Source: Deltaproteobacteria bacterium (GTDB lineage Bacteria; Desulfobacterota; Deferrisomatia; Deferrisomatales; BM512). From it: a DNA stretch of 64,000 nt. Below are positions 21,276 to 31,924 of this stretch, in pieces. The notes beneath the pieces were generated by a model. The model was given only the letters and a program-made list of their open reading frames with translations. It was not told the DNA's origin and made no database searches. Position numbers and translations under genes: made by a program. Position 1 is the first letter of the stretch, and every line of letters begins with the position of its first letter. Location: NCBI GenBank assembly GCA_030591565.1, contig JAUVAU010000001.1, forward strand, positions 104,577-168,576, given 5' to 3'.

Positions 21276-22766
21276 TTGAGAATTATTGCAGCAATTTTGA
21301 TTGTTTTGGCGTCGACGGGGGCATGGGCCCAGGCGCCTGGATATCGTTTGGTTTATGGTTCCTCCATCCTCGGCGAAGTTTTCCCCTGTGGCTGAAAATC
21401 CGGCAAACTCGGGGGTCTCGCCCGTAGAACGACAAAAGTAAAGGAACTGTCTGCCCAGGGAGTGCCCGCCATCTACCTTGATGGAGGAGGCGCCCTTTTC
21501 AAGTCGCCCGTGGTGGTTGACGAACGGGCACGCAACTCTGCCATTGTCGGAAACGCCCGCTTTATAGGCGAAGCCCTCGCAGCCCTGAATCTGGAAGCGA
21601 TCAACGTGGGCAGGATGGACCTGCCCGGTGGGTTGGAGTTTCTGCAAGAACTCATCAAAGACACCGGCATCAAGTACGTCTCCGCCAACATCCGGCTCAG
21701 TGATGGTAGCGCCCCCTTCGACGCCTACAAGGTGTTCGACTGGGGCGGCGCGCGGGTGGCCGCTTTCGGGCTGACCTTTGCCCGCCCCAGGGAAGACCTC
21801 AAGCTCGGCATACAGGTCCTTGACCCCTATGAGACCGCCAGGGAGGTAGTCGCTTCGCTCTCCGACGTGGACTTCGTGATCTGTCTCACCGACATCGGCT
21901 ACGATGGTGACCACAAGCTGGCGAAAGAGGTGGAAGGCATAGGGTTGATAATTGGCGGCGGCATGGGCTCACGCCTGATGCGTAGTCCCTTGAAGATCAA
22001 CGATACGTTGATCTTGAGGTGCGCTGACAGGGGCAGGCACATTGGTGTGCTGGACATAAAAGAGACCAAGCTCTCCGAGTGGAAAGAGCCGGAAGATGAG
22101 CAGCGCAGGGCCAGGGGCGCCGCCACGCTTGATCTCTTCAAGGAGCAGCTGCCCCAGAAAGCGCTGCGCGACACGGTGGACAAGCTGAAGACCAGGTTGG
22201 AGGAAAATGAGGGGGGAGCCAGCGTATACTCCCACGAGATAATTTTTCTCACCACCGCAGTCAAGGCCGATCCCCAAGTCCAGGAAAAAATGGAGAAATT
22301 GAAAGCAATCAACAGGGGACGGGTCAGCCGTGCGCCACCGCCGCCCCGAAAGCTTCAGCCGCAGAGAGGCCCTGTCCGGCAGCAACCCAACCGCCCGCCT
22401 CCGCCAAAAAGCGGGAACACGGGCACGATGCGTTGTCGCTCCTGTCACGTGGAGCAGTTCTTCTCCTGGCAAGGGACCTCACATTCGCGCTCGATCAGCT
22501 CCCTTTCAGGTGGAGAGCGTAGGGACGAAGAGTGTTTGCAGTGCCACGCCAACTATCTTCAGATAAACACCAAGCGGGTCAAAGAGCCGCTGGTGGGTTG
22601 CGAAGCGTGCCACGGCGAGGGTGGCGGACACCCCGGAGCCGGGTCAAAGATTGTGCGTAGGGTTGAGCAGGCTAAATGCAAGAAGTGCCACAGGGGCTAC
22701 CACGAGGGTGAAGAGACTTTCGATTATATGAAAAAGCTGGAGTTGATCCGCTGTAACAGACTCTAG
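21276..22766 (+). CDS. Probable selenoprotein: exported UshA-like (C-G-U) domain fused to a c554-like tetraheme cytochrome c
   Basis: TTG 21276 opens signal peptide MRIIAAILIVLASTGAWA; in-frame TGA at 21393-95 in EVFPCG*KSGKLGGLARR; same frame as ORF 21462-22766; four CxxCH (CRSCH, CLQCH, CEACH, CKKCH). Confidence 0.85.
21410..21424 (+). promoter_or_regulatory. SECIS-like hairpin
   Basis: CGGG-GGTCTCG-CCCG starting 15 nt after the UGA, loop containing GGUC as in the E. coli fdhF SECIS apex. Confidence 0.6.
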
Positions 22767-22781
22767 CGCTAGCCTTGGCGT

Positions 22782-23276
22782 CTACCCTTTGAGCTTCGAG
22801 ATGATCCGCTCGATTATGTCGGTTGTTGATTTGCCTTCGACGAAGGGGATCGTGGTGACGTGGCCGCCTTCCGCCTCCACTATGTTGCGCCCCACTATCT
22901 GATCCAGGGGCCAATCGCCCCCCTTCACGAGGATATCCGGTTTCAGCTTTTTTATAAGCTCGTAGGGGGTGTCCTCGTCAAAAACCGTAACATAATCAAC
23001 TGAACTCAAAGCGCTAAGAACGATGGCCCGCTCATCCTGTGAGCAGATGGGCCGTTCCGGTCCCTTGGAGAGCCTTCGCACCGAATCATCTGAATTGAGG
23101 CCGACCACGAGCACGTCTCCCAGCTCTCTTGCCGTGGCGAGATAGCGCACGTGTCCGGCGTGGAGGATGTCGAAGCAGCCGTTGGTGAAGACGATCTTTT
23201 TGCCCTCGGCCTTTAGCCTGGAAAGTTCAAAGGCAAGCGCAGCGTGTTCCCATGGGGGAAGCGGTGCGATACTCAT
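22782..23276 (-). CDS. rfaE2: D-glycero-beta-D-manno-heptose 1-phosphate adenylyltransferase (stand-alone HldE domain II)
   Basis: [33 protein letters not shown]; start ATG 23276 overlaps upstream stop. Confidence 0.93.
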   Translation of the reverse strand: MSIAPLPPWEHAALAFELSRLKAEGKKIVFTNGCFDILHAGHVRYLATARELGDVLVVGLNSDDSVRRLSKGPERPICSQDERAIVLSALSSVDYVTVFDEDTPYELIKKLKPDILVKGGDWPLDQIVGRNIVEAEGGHVTTIPFVEGKSTTDIIERIISKLKG

Positions 23277-24961
23277 TGCACTATCCACGGGCAAAGCCCC
23301 TCCTCCAAAAAGAGCGCGGCGACTCCTGCCGGCAGCGCAGCCTCGGTCAGGAAGACTCGTGCGTCTTCCGCTTCCATTTCGGGGCACAGGGTAGCGGTCA
23401 ACCTGTCGTTCTTGACCGTCAGCCCACCCGCTTCCAGCCGCAGGGGACCGCCGGCTGGTAGTTGCACCTCTCGTTGTTCATGCTCCACTCCGAGAAGAGA
23501 GAGCAGGTCCCCGAGCTTGTTGAGCACGCTTGTCGATTCGGGCCACTCAAAAGTGAAGTAGCCGCCCTTTAACAGTACCGTCTCGGCCTGTTTGGGTGTT
23601 TGGGGGGGGATGGCGTAGTTGAGGCCCGCGTGCATGAAGATGAGCAGGGGTTTCAATTTGTAGCTGACCCCGGATTTGAGCTTGATCGTCAACTCGGGAT
23701 CGAGCTTGTGTGTGATGCCGAGAAAGCTCAAAAGTACAGCCGCGCCCTGGGGCGTATTGGCGTTATCAAGGGTCGGAATTTCCACCTTGGAAATGTCGGC
23801 TGCCACAGCGGAGGCCGGGTCGGCCGCCGAGTCGGTCATGAGGCGGTGGATGATGAACCCCTTGTTCTTGGCCAGCGCTGCCAGCCTTGGGTCCGGGGAA
23901 TCGCCCCTGCTGTAGATCAGGTGGACGTGGCCCTTCCAGAGGTCATCGGTGGTGGGGATGACGGTCCAGCGGATCATCGCCTTCAACATGGCGCCGCCGC
24001 CCAGCGCTATCGGGCGCTCGCCTTCGCTCAATTCAAAAAAGCCCAGCCGTGGCAGGAGCGCTTCCAGGTGTTTTTCCACACTGTCGGAGACGCCCTGGAG
24101 GATTTCATAGCCCCAGCCGTTTTTAATCGTGTCGACCAGCGCGCCGCTGAGGCGGCTGTCGGGATCGAGGATCACCTTGGACCCTGAGGGGCCGATGACC
24201 ACGGGGAAATCCGCCTTGTCCATGCGCACCGTGCGGCCACGCTCGATGGGGATGAATATCTGTCCTTCGCGGTCCGTGCGGCAACCCATCTTCGCCAACA
24301 GGTCCAACACTGATAGAAAGTACTTGGGGACGCCGGGGGGCTCCTCTTTGACTTGCTCACGTGTTTTTTGGGGCACCTCGACCGGGGGCGCGGGCTTGGC
24401 TTGCTCGGTCCGGGACAGCGGGATGATCAACATCTGCCCCACCCATAAGCGGTTGAGGTCGGCTATGTCGGGGTTTTGCGCAGCCACCGCAGCGAGCGCC
24501 TTCTTCATGTCCACGCCTGGTGCGACGCCGTAATCTTTTTTAAGGATTTTCCAGAGTGAATCGCCGGGACGCACTATGTAGGAGTTGTCGTCAGCGGGCT
24601 GTGGCGGGAGCATCGGAACCGAACCCAGGGCGCTTTCCACCTTGAAGGGGACGCGAACGACCTGGCCGATCTGCAAGACGTTGGGATCAACCCCAGGGTT
24701 GACCTCGCGAAAAACCTGCACCAGCGACGGTATCGTCCGGTCGGAGACGCCATACTCTTTTTTCAGCAGCTGCCAGATGGTGTCGCCGCGATTGATCTTG
24801 CGTGTCTCGGCGAAGATTTTGTTCTGCGGGCCGTCGTGGACGTAGAGAGTCTTTTGAAAGCTCAGGCGTGTTTCATCGGCGGGAGGCGGTTCGGGCGTGG
24901 CACCCCATGCAAGGGAGGTGAGCGCCAAAACGAGAAAGAGGGAAACATGAGGTCGCAGCAC
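23273..24961 (-). CDS. Exported LysM-domain protein
   Basis: Signal peptide; two LysM-like repeats ([20 protein letters not shown]; [22 protein letters not shown]). Confidence 0.8.
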   Translation of the reverse strand: MLRPHVSLFLVLALTSLAWGATPEPPPADETRLSFQKTLYVHDGPQNKIFAETRKINRGDTIWQLLKKEYGVSDRTIPSLVQVFREVNPGVDPNVLQIGQVVRVPFKVESALGSVPMLPPQPADDNSYIVRPGDSLWKILKKDYGVAPGVDMKKALAAVAAQNPDIADLNRLWVGQMLIIPLSRTEQAKPAPPVEVPQKTREQVKEEPPGVPKYFLSVLDLLAKMGCRTDREGQIFIPIERGRTVRMDKADFPVVIGPSGSKVILDPDSRLSGALVDTIKNGWGYEILQGVSDSVEKHLEALLPRLGFFELSEGERPIALGGGAMLKAMIRWTVIPTTDDLWKGHVHLIYSRGDSPDPRLAALAKNKGFIIHRLMTDSAADPASAVAADISKVEIPTLDNANTPQGAAVLLSFLGITHKLDPELTIKLKSGVSYKLKPLLIFMHAGLNYAIPPQTPKQAETVLLKGGYFTFEWPESTSVLNKLGDLLSLLGVEHEQREVQLPAGGPLRLEAGGLTVKNDRLTATLCPEMEAEDARVFLTEAALPAGVAALFLEEGLCPWIVQ

Positions 24962-26574
24962 TAGTTGTCAAGTTCTCCAATGAAGCAAAAGCCGCCAATG
25001 AACGCATCGTCGGTGAACTCAACGATGTTGGCCCAGGTGGCGGAGGCATCAAGCGTTCTGTCAACACCATCCGCAGTAGTGTAGGTGTAGGTCACTGTTA
25101 TGTCCACGTCTTCGGAGGTGGAGCCGATGTAGAAGTTGTGCGGAGAAACGGTGGCGTCGCTACCCTCGGTTTCGGTGAAGCCAAAGTCCACGGTAAAAGA
25201 ACCGACGCCCGTGGCGATTGCCGGGATGGTCGCGGAGGTGGAGCCGACGCTCACGTCCACCACCACCGTGCCGACCCCGACGGTGTCATCCTCAAGGGTG
25301 ACGGTTGCAATTTTATCATAGCCGATAAAGCGCGTGCCGGAGAGCGAGAGTTGACGGGCGATGACCGCCCTTATGCCGGTGTCGCTACCCAGGTAGGCGT
25401 TGCCCGCGCTGTCGAGGAAGACGGAGCCGAAATTTTCATTGATCGCCAACTGCGCTTCGGTGACGTTCTGGGGAACCGGATGCCAGCCCCCGCCGTCACC
25501 GGCACAGGAGACGCCGAGAAGGTCAACGTCGTCGGCTGGCGAGTCCCAGTCGATGCCTGTACCGCACAGCTTGGAGTCGAAGTCGCCCGATGCGTCGGGG
25601 GACTGAAAGAACGCGCCCTTGGTGGTGGCGAGCCATACGTCGCCGTTGATCGGGTTCACGGCGATATCGTTGATGTCGCGCTCCTCGAAGTAGGCGCTGA
25701 TGGGATCGCCGAGAGCGTTTTCAGCACCGGGATCAAAAAAATTGATACCCGGCGTGGGTTGGGTACCTGGGGCCTCAAAAAACGTCAGAGCCGAGGCGGT
25801 GAATTTGGAGATAGTGCGTGACTTTCCGATACTGGTCCTCTCAGCTACCCAGAGGTTCTGGTCTTCGTCCATCGCCAGCCCTGCGATGGAGGTAAAGGGC
25901 AAGTTGGTGAATCGGACGCTGGTGGTAACCGAGCTGTCCACCCGGTACAGATCGCCAGTTGTGGTGGCGAAGTAGGCGGCAGAGCCGACCACGCTGCTGT
26001 CGGCGTCCACTACCTTGGAAACCGCTTCCGGCGTGGTTGGTAGCAGTATAGTGTCCACCGCCGCCGTGGGCAGGTTGAGCGCTGTCAGTCCAGCTGCGGT
26101 GGCAACCCATATTCTGGTGCCAGTGTCATCGGCGGCGAGGGCGTTAACGAACTCGGCGTCTGTTGTGCTGTGTGTTCCAAACAGATCGATAAACGAGTCG
26201 TTTTCGACGCCCGTAGCGAGCAAGCGAGCCGTTTGCAGCCCGGTGGGGGCGTTGTTGGAGCCTATGAAGAAAAACTCCTGGCTTGCGCCCGCGAGGTCGG
26301 TGTCGCCAAAGGCGATGGAGCTAAGGTCTGGGGTAAAGATTGATGTGGAGAGGGGGAAGCCATCGGCCTCCGCCGTGCCGGAAAGCGCTGTTATGCCCCT
26401 GTCAGTGGTGAACCACACCCGGTTGGAGCTGTCCGACGCGATATCGGTTACTTTTGTGGGCAGAATGGTAAAAAGGTTGTCATGATCAAAAAACACAACC
26501 GTAGCTGCATTGACTCCGCTTGCGGCCATGAAGGCGAAAGACACTGTCGCCAAACACGCTAACAGCCGTTTCAT
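24961..26574 (-). CDS. Secreted acidic beta-propeller-like surface protein with C-terminal GGFCFI motif
   Basis: Signal peptide; repeated D..G.(V/L)W.AT..G blades; Thr/Asp/Ser-rich; ends GGFCFIGELDN. Confidence 0.65.
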   Translation of the reverse strand: MKRLLACLATVSFAFMAASGVNAATVVFFDHDNLFTILPTKVTDIASDSSNRVWFTTDRGITALSGTAEADGFPLSTSIFTPDLSSIAFGDTDLAGASQEFFFIGSNNAPTGLQTARLLATGVENDSFIDLFGTHSTTDAEFVNALAADDTGTRIWVATAAGLTALNLPTAAVDTILLPTTPEAVSKVVDADSSVVGSAAYFATTTGDLYRVDSSVTTSVRFTNLPFTSIAGLAMDEDQNLWVAERTSIGKSRTISKFTASALTFFEAPGTQPTPGINFFDPGAENALGDPISAYFEERDINDIAVNPINGDVWLATTKGAFFQSPDASGDFDSKLCGTGIDWDSPADDVDLLGVSCAGDGGGWHPVPQNVTEAQLAINENFGSVFLDSAGNAYLGSDTGIRAVIARQLSLSGTRFIGYDKIATVTLEDDTVGVGTVVVDVSVGSTSATIPAIATGVGSFTVDFGFTETEGSDATVSPHNFYIGSTSEDVDITVTYTYTTADGVDRTLDASATWANIVEFTDDAFIGGFCFIGELDN

Positions 26575-26905
26575 TTAAGTTTCTCCGGTTCATGCGGCGC
26601 GGGTAGCTAAGGTAAAATACCTCTTGTGGCCGCAAAAGCGCCCCGATTGTCATCGGCAGGCGCAAAATAAATTTTCTATATCGAATTAAGTCGTTACCCA
26701 ACCGAAGGAATATACCATGTTGGGCGAGTTTTGTTCAAGGTAAAGGCCGCGCCGCGCACTTGCCTTTTGGCCCCCGACGTGTTAGCAGTCCTACTGGTTG
26801 AAACTGGCAGACCAGACGTATATGTCTTTAGTGTAAGCAACATATACGTCGGGCCGGTTGCCCGAGGGTATTCATGTCGATATATTTAGCAGGAGACAAA
26901 TGCAA

Positions 26906-28189
26906 ATGGAACACAAACGTTCAGAAGAGTTATTTGAGTCGGCCCTGAAGCTGATACCAGGCGGTGTCAACAGCCCGGTGAGGGCCTTTGGTGCGGTGGG
27001 CGGTAAGCCCCCCTTCATCCAGAGGGCCCAGGGGTCGAAGATATATGATGTGGATGGCAACGAGTATATCGACTATGTGGGGTCCTGGGGTCCGATGGTC
27101 CTCGGCCACAACCATCCGGCTGTAAAGGAGGCGGTGAGTCGTGCGTTGGAAAACGGCGCCAGCTTTGGCGCTCCCACCGAGATAGAGGTGGAGATGGCGC
27201 AGCTGGTGGTTGACCTGGTCCCCAGCATAGAGATGGTGAGGATGGTCAACTCGGGGACCGAGGCGACCATGAGCGCCATCCGCGTCGCAAGGGGGCACAC
27301 CGGGCGCGACAAGATCATCAAGTGCGAAGGGTGCTACCACGGCCATGAGGATTCGCTGCTTGTGAAGGCGGGATCGGGCGCAATGACCTTTGGCGTGCCC
27401 ACCAGCCCCGGCGTGCCTGCCGAGGTCGCTAAAAACACCCTCACCATCCCTTATAATAACCTTGAAGCGGCCCGCAAGGTGTTCGCGGACAACCCCGGCG
27501 AAATAGCCTGCCTCATCATCGAGCCGGTCCCCGGCAACATGGGCTGCCTCGTGCCAGGGGCGGGATACCTGGAAGGGCTCAGGAAGCTGACCGAAGAAGA
27601 GGGCGCCGTGCTTATCTTCGACGAGGTGATGAGCGGTTTTCGCGTGGCCCTTGGCGGAGTGCAGGCCCGCATGGGTGTGACCCCCGACATGACCACGCTG
27701 GGCAAGGTCATAGGCGGCGGCCTGCCGGTGGGAGCCTACGGCGGCAAGCGTGAGATCATGGAAAAAGTCGCCCCCGTCGGCCCCATCTATCAGGCGGGCA
27801 CGCTGTCGGGCAACCCCCTGGCGATGAGCGCCGGCATGGCGATGCTAAAAGAGCTCTCCAAACCCGGCGTATATGATCTCCTGGAAGAAAAGTCCAAGCG
27901 GCTGTGCGACGGTATCGCACGGATCGCCTCGTGCTACTCGATTCCGGCCTACTTCACCCGCGTCGGCGCGATGTTCTGCACCTTCTTTCAAGAGGGGCCG
28001 GTCACTGATTACCAGTCGGCGCTCCAATGCGACACCGAGCGGTTTGGCAAATATTTCAGGGGAATGCTCGACAGGGGCATCAACCTGGCGCCGAGCCAGT
28101 ACGAGGCAGGGTTTATGAGCTTGGCCCACTCCAACGAAGATATAGACCGCACTTTGGAAGCGGTTGAAGAGGTGTGGAAGACGCTCTAG
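26906..28189 (+). CDS. hemL: Glutamate-1-semialdehyde 2,1-aminomutase
   Basis: [37 protein letters not shown]; AGGAGA RBS (start 26900 or 26906). Confidence 0.98.
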   Translation: MEHKRSEELFESALKLIPGGVNSPVRAFGAVGGKPPFIQRAQGSKIYDVDGNEYIDYVGSWGPMVLGHNHPAVKEAVSRALENGASFGAPTEIEVEMAQLVVDLVPSIEMVRMVNSGTEATMSAIRVARGHTGRDKIIKCEGCYHGHEDSLLVKAGSGAMTFGVPTSPGVPAEVAKNTLTIPYNNLEAARKVFADNPGEIACLIIEPVPGNMGCLVPGAGYLEGLRKLTEEEGAVLIFDEVMSGFRVALGGVQARMGVTPDMTTLGKVIGGGLPVGAYGGKREIMEKVAPVGPIYQAGTLSGNPLAMSAGMAMLKELSKPGVYDLLEEKSKRLCDGIARIASCYSIPAYFTRVGAMFCTFFQEGPVTDYQSALQCDTERFGKYFRGMLDRGINLAPSQYEAGFMSLAHSNEDIDRTLEAVEEVWKTL

Positions 28190-28423
28190 GAGCTTCGTCG
28201 AGAAACCCCGGATATCCTCCGATTGACGTTGTCAGGGGGCGAAAAATGATCCTCGAAATACTTTTCGGTATGCCTGCGGTCATTTTTCTTCCCTTCCTAG
28301 CCCTCGAATGATCTTCGGGGCTTCCAGTTTATCGTCGGCTTAGCTGGAGGTTTGTCCGACATTGGATAAAATCTCCGGTTTAGCGTTGTCTCCCGCTCCG
28401 GGAGGGTTTTTTAAACAGCCTCC
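28189..28423. mobile_element. MITE-like repeat, copy E (subfamily 2), TA duplication
   Basis: Starts in the hemL TAG; ends TTTTTTAAACAGCCTCC then TA; reverse-complement similarity to 10298-10540. Confidence 0.8.
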
Positions 28424-28455
28424 TATGGCTCAAGCCCTCCTCGATGACCAAAGCG

Positions 28456-28495
28456 AAAGACCCGACCGTCCTTTGGGTGGGCGGGTCTTTTTTTT
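28456..28495 (+). terminator. Intrinsic terminator after hemL
   Basis: AAAGACCCG..CGGGTCTTT stem with T8 tail. Confidence 0.8.
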
Positions 28496-28622
28496 GCGGT
28501 AAAATTAGTACCTCTTTGGGCTTTGGTGGAACCACTCACCGCCCGATGCTATAATCCGTGGATTCGGTTTTGAAAATGTCAACGCTGCCACCCCGTGGTC
28601 AAGTTGTTTCAAAGGAGTCTCG

Positions 28623-28901
28623 ATGACAAGAATGATGATAAGAATAATTGCGGTTACCGCACTTGCGCTGGTTTTTGCGCTGCCCGCCGTAGCCCTGTCA
28701 GGGGAAACGCAGTACCTTTTTGAGGACAAATGTGGTCTGTGCCACAGCCTGGAGCAGTCGATGGGCGCTGAGGCGGACGCCGTGGGCTGGGCCGCGATTA
28801 TGGCAAGGATGAAACAAAAGGCCTCGGGCCTCATAAGCGATGAAGAGGCCGAGCGCATCCTTGAATATATTTTGAAGACAAAAGGGGTAGATGGGAAGTG
28901 A
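28623..28901 (+). CDS. Small exported monoheme c-type cytochrome
   Basis: Signal peptide, CGLCH, W..IMARM distal-Met motif, AAGGAG RBS. Confidence 0.8.
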   Translation: MTRMMIRIIAVTALALVFALPAVALSGETQYLFEDKCGLCHSLEQSMGAEADAVGWAAIMARMKQKASGLISDEEAERILEYILKTKGVDGK

Positions 28902-28907
28902 TGAGCC

Positions 28908-31880
28908 TTGGCTGACCGCTTTAGTTACGCTCTGCGCTTCGCGGCATGGAGCACGATAGTCATATTCCTGGGTGGACTGGCCTTCGGAGTCGAAGGTGGA
29001 ACTGATCCCCTTGAGTTGCCGGAGCTGGTCGTAAAGGGGCTCGATAAGGCCCAGCTCGAAGCCAGCAGGCGCGGGGCGATCCCCGTGGAGTCCGGGACGG
29101 TAAAGCTCTCTGCGCCCAGGGTCACCCTCCCGGCTGGGTTTGACAGCGCTGCGGGTCTCTCCGATTCCCCCAAGGTGCAGGCGCCCGGCTGCGCCTACTC
29201 CTCTCCGATGGGTTCGGCCATCGCAAGGCTTGCCCATAATCCTGAGTCATATTATAAATCCGGCCTCGCCGCCTATCTGGATGAGAGGCTTGAGGACGCG
29301 GCGTTTTATTTCGAGCAGACGCGGGAAGCGAAAGATCCGGGCGAGTTTGAGGGCGACGCCTCCTTCTGGTTGGGCGAGGTGCGCAGACGCCAGGGCAAGA
29401 TTGATCTTGCGCTCTTCGCCTACGAGAGGACGACGGGCAGCTACCTCTTTGAAGCGCAATACCGCTTCGCCTGGCTCGCGGATCAGAGCGGGCGCACGGT
29501 TGACGCAATGAGCATGTGGAAAACCATCGCCCATACCCAGGACCACCCATATCTCGCCGAAGCGCTGTATGGGCTCGCCCTGCGGGACTACTCGGCCCGC
29601 GAGCTTGACATGGCAGGGGAAAAACTGGCCCGCGGTATCGAGGCAGGCGAACCCGGCTCCGACGTCTGGGTCGCGACCGCGTATCTGCTGTCGCTCGCCA
29701 ATAGGGAGTTGGGCAAACTCGACGAAGCCGAAGCAAACCTCACCAGACTGCTGCTCACCCGTCCCGACCATGAGCTGGCCCCCTACGCAAAACTCGTGGT
29801 CGGCTGGGTGCAGCTTGAGCGGGGAAACATGGGCAGCGCTGCCAGAAGGTTTGAAAAGGCGGCCCAAGGTGAGGAGGACGCAATAAAAGTCTCGGCGCGC
29901 TACGGGCTGGTCAGGGTCGCTGCGGCAGGTAAAGATGCGGCGACCGTTGTCAAGGCAATCGAGTTCCTCTCGACAGTGGCGACCGACGGACCCTGGCTCG
30001 GCTGGGCCTATGGTGACCTGGGGGCGGTGCTCTTTGGCGCGGCCGAATATGAGAAAGCCTACAAGGCCTATAGCGAGGCGGTAGAGAGCTGGGAGGGTGA
30101 AGGGGTTGAGCCGCTTCGCTACATGATGGGCGAGTGCCTCTACAAACTCGGCCAGTATGGCGACGCCGAGAAAGTCTACTCCCTGGTCGGGGCCAAGAGC
30201 TCGGTGGCGCCCGAGGCGTGGTTGCGCGCCGGGGTGTGCGCGCTCCTCTCCGGGTCGCCCAAAAAGGCGCTTGGACATTTTGACGCCGTACTCGACGGTT
30301 TCCCCGGCTTCGCCAAAGCTGACAAGGCGTGGGCATGGAAGGGGGAGGCGCACCTTCGCCTCGGCATGACCGATGAGGCCAAAAGAGCTTTCGAGGTGAT
30401 CGGGCGAGACAGCACCGCGTATTCCCAGGGGCTCTACTCAAGGGCCTGGATCGCTTTCGAGGCGGGCCGGTGGGATGAGGCGGCAGAGCTTTTTGCGGCG
30501 CACCTCAACATGTACCGCGACGACCCCAACCGGGACGAGGCGATGCTGGCGCTTTCAAGGGCGCACTTTAATCGCCGCTCGGTAACCGCCGCGTTGGCGA
30601 CCGCCGATGAGCTGGTGCGGACCGCCAGCACCAAACAGATGATAGAGCAGGCACGCTACCACCTTGGCTGGATGAAGGAGCGGGGGGCGAAGAGGGAAGA
30701 GGGGCGCATCGAGCTTGAAGCCCTTGTGGCCGACTCGCCAAAGGGGGAGTGGGCCGACGATGCCCATTACGCGCTGGGCTGGAGTTACTTTGGCGGCGAG
30801 GAGTATGGCAAGGCGCTGGCCCACTTCAATGCAGTAACAAAGCTGGGGCGGGGCGGCGAGCGGGAACGTGTCGCCATGAAAAAAAGCGCGGACTCGCTAT
30901 ACAACCTCGGCAAATATGAAGAGGCGATCAAGGGCTACCAGGCGCTTGGCGACACGATTGAAGGAAACTACGGCGTCGCCCTGACCCTTGGAAGGCTCGC
31001 AGCTGTGGAGCGGCTTGCCTCGGTTGTGGAGAGCTTCGAGGCGAAGTTCCCCCAGGATGAGAGGGGGGTTGACCTGCGCCTCCTGCTGGCCCAGGAGCTT
31101 GAACGCAAGGGCGACTTTGCCGGTTCGGCCATTTCTCTGGAAATTGCCGCGGCAAATCAGGAGGGGGCCGGAAAGAACCAGACGAGGCTGCTGCTCGGGC
31201 GCAGTTACCTGCTTTCGGGAAAAGCCCGGGAGGCGGAGGCGCTCTTTACGGAGCTGGCTGCGCTCGACGAGGGTACGGGGCTGACTGCGCTCAATGAGCT
31301 GGCGTCGCTGCAAGCGGGCCAGGGGCGCTACGCTGAAGCGATGAACCGGATGGATGAGCTTGCCGGAAGGGAAGCGGAAGAGGGTGGTATTGTCGAGGCG
31401 CTTAAACGGGGTGCTGGCTACGGACGCAAGGCCGGTATGTTTGAAGAGGCCGACGGTATGCTGGCAAAAGCGGCTGATATAGTAGGGGAGAAGAGCCCGG
31501 ACTACAGGGGGCTGTTGAACGACCGCGGCGAGCTGCTTATTGAAGCGGGGGCGCTGGAGCAAGCGATGGACCCCCTTGAAAAGGCGGTCGCGCTTGGAGA
31601 GGGCGAGGGCATACTGCGGTCGCGCTACCTCTATTCAAAGGCGCTGGATTCCATGGGCCGGACCGAAGAGGCGCTGGAGACCTATCTGCGTATCGGTTAT
31701 CTTCATCCCTTCAGTGACGAGAGGGTGTGTGAGGTGACGATGCGCGCCGCCGAACTTCTGGCGGAAAGCGACCGGACGAAGCAGGCGCGTTCGCTTTATG
31801 AGAAGGTGAAGGCCTCGGGTACGGATTGGTGGAGAAAAGAGGCCGGAGAGAAGCTGAAAACGCTTTTGCCCGGGGAGTGA
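28908..31880 (+). CDS. Large exported tetratricopeptide-repeat protein
   Basis: Signal peptide; many TPR units (A.Y..G..Y..LG.Y..A). Confidence 0.85.
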   Translation: MADRFSYALRFAAWSTIVIFLGGLAFGVEGGTDPLELPELVVKGLDKAQLEASRRGAIPVESGTVKLSAPRVTLPAGFDSAAGLSDSPKVQAPGCAYSSPMGSAIARLAHNPESYYKSGLAAYLDERLEDAAFYFEQTREAKDPGEFEGDASFWLGEVRRRQGKIDLALFAYERTTGSYLFEAQYRFAWLADQSGRTVDAMSMWKTIAHTQDHPYLAEALYGLALRDYSARELDMAGEKLARGIEAGEPGSDVWVATAYLLSLANRELGKLDEAEANLTRLLLTRPDHELAPYAKLVVGWVQLERGNMGSAARRFEKAAQGEEDAIKVSARYGLVRVAAAGKDAATVVKAIEFLSTVATDGPWLGWAYGDLGAVLFGAAEYEKAYKAYSEAVESWEGEGVEPLRYMMGECLYKLGQYGDAEKVYSLVGAKSSVAPEAWLRAGVCALLSGSPKKALGHFDAVLDGFPGFAKADKAWAWKGEAHLRLGMTDEAKRAFEVIGRDSTAYSQGLYSRAWIAFEAGRWDEAAELFAAHLNMYRDDPNRDEAMLALSRAHFNRRSVTAALATADELVRTASTKQMIEQARYHLGWMKERGAKREEGRIELEALVADSPKGEWADDAHYALGWSYFGGEEYGKALAHFNAVTKLGRGGERERVAMKKSADSLYNLGKYEEAIKGYQALGDTIEGNYGVALTLGRLAAVERLASVVESFEAKFPQDERGVDLRLLLAQELERKGDFAGSAISLEIAAANQEGAGKNQTRLLLGRSYLLSGKAREAEALFTELAALDEGTGLTALNELASLQAGQGRYAEAMNRMDELAGREAEEGGIVEALKRGAGYGRKAGMFEEADGMLAKAADIVGEKSPDYRGLLNDRGELLIEAGALEQAMDPLEKAVALGEGEGILRSRYLYSKALDSMGRTEEALETYLRIGYLHPFSDERVCEVTMRAAELLAESDRTKQARSLYEKVKASGTDWWRKEAGEKLKTLLPGE

Positions 31881-31924
31881 TGGAAATCAATTAAAACCGT
31901 CAAACGGTTTAACGTGAGGTTGTA

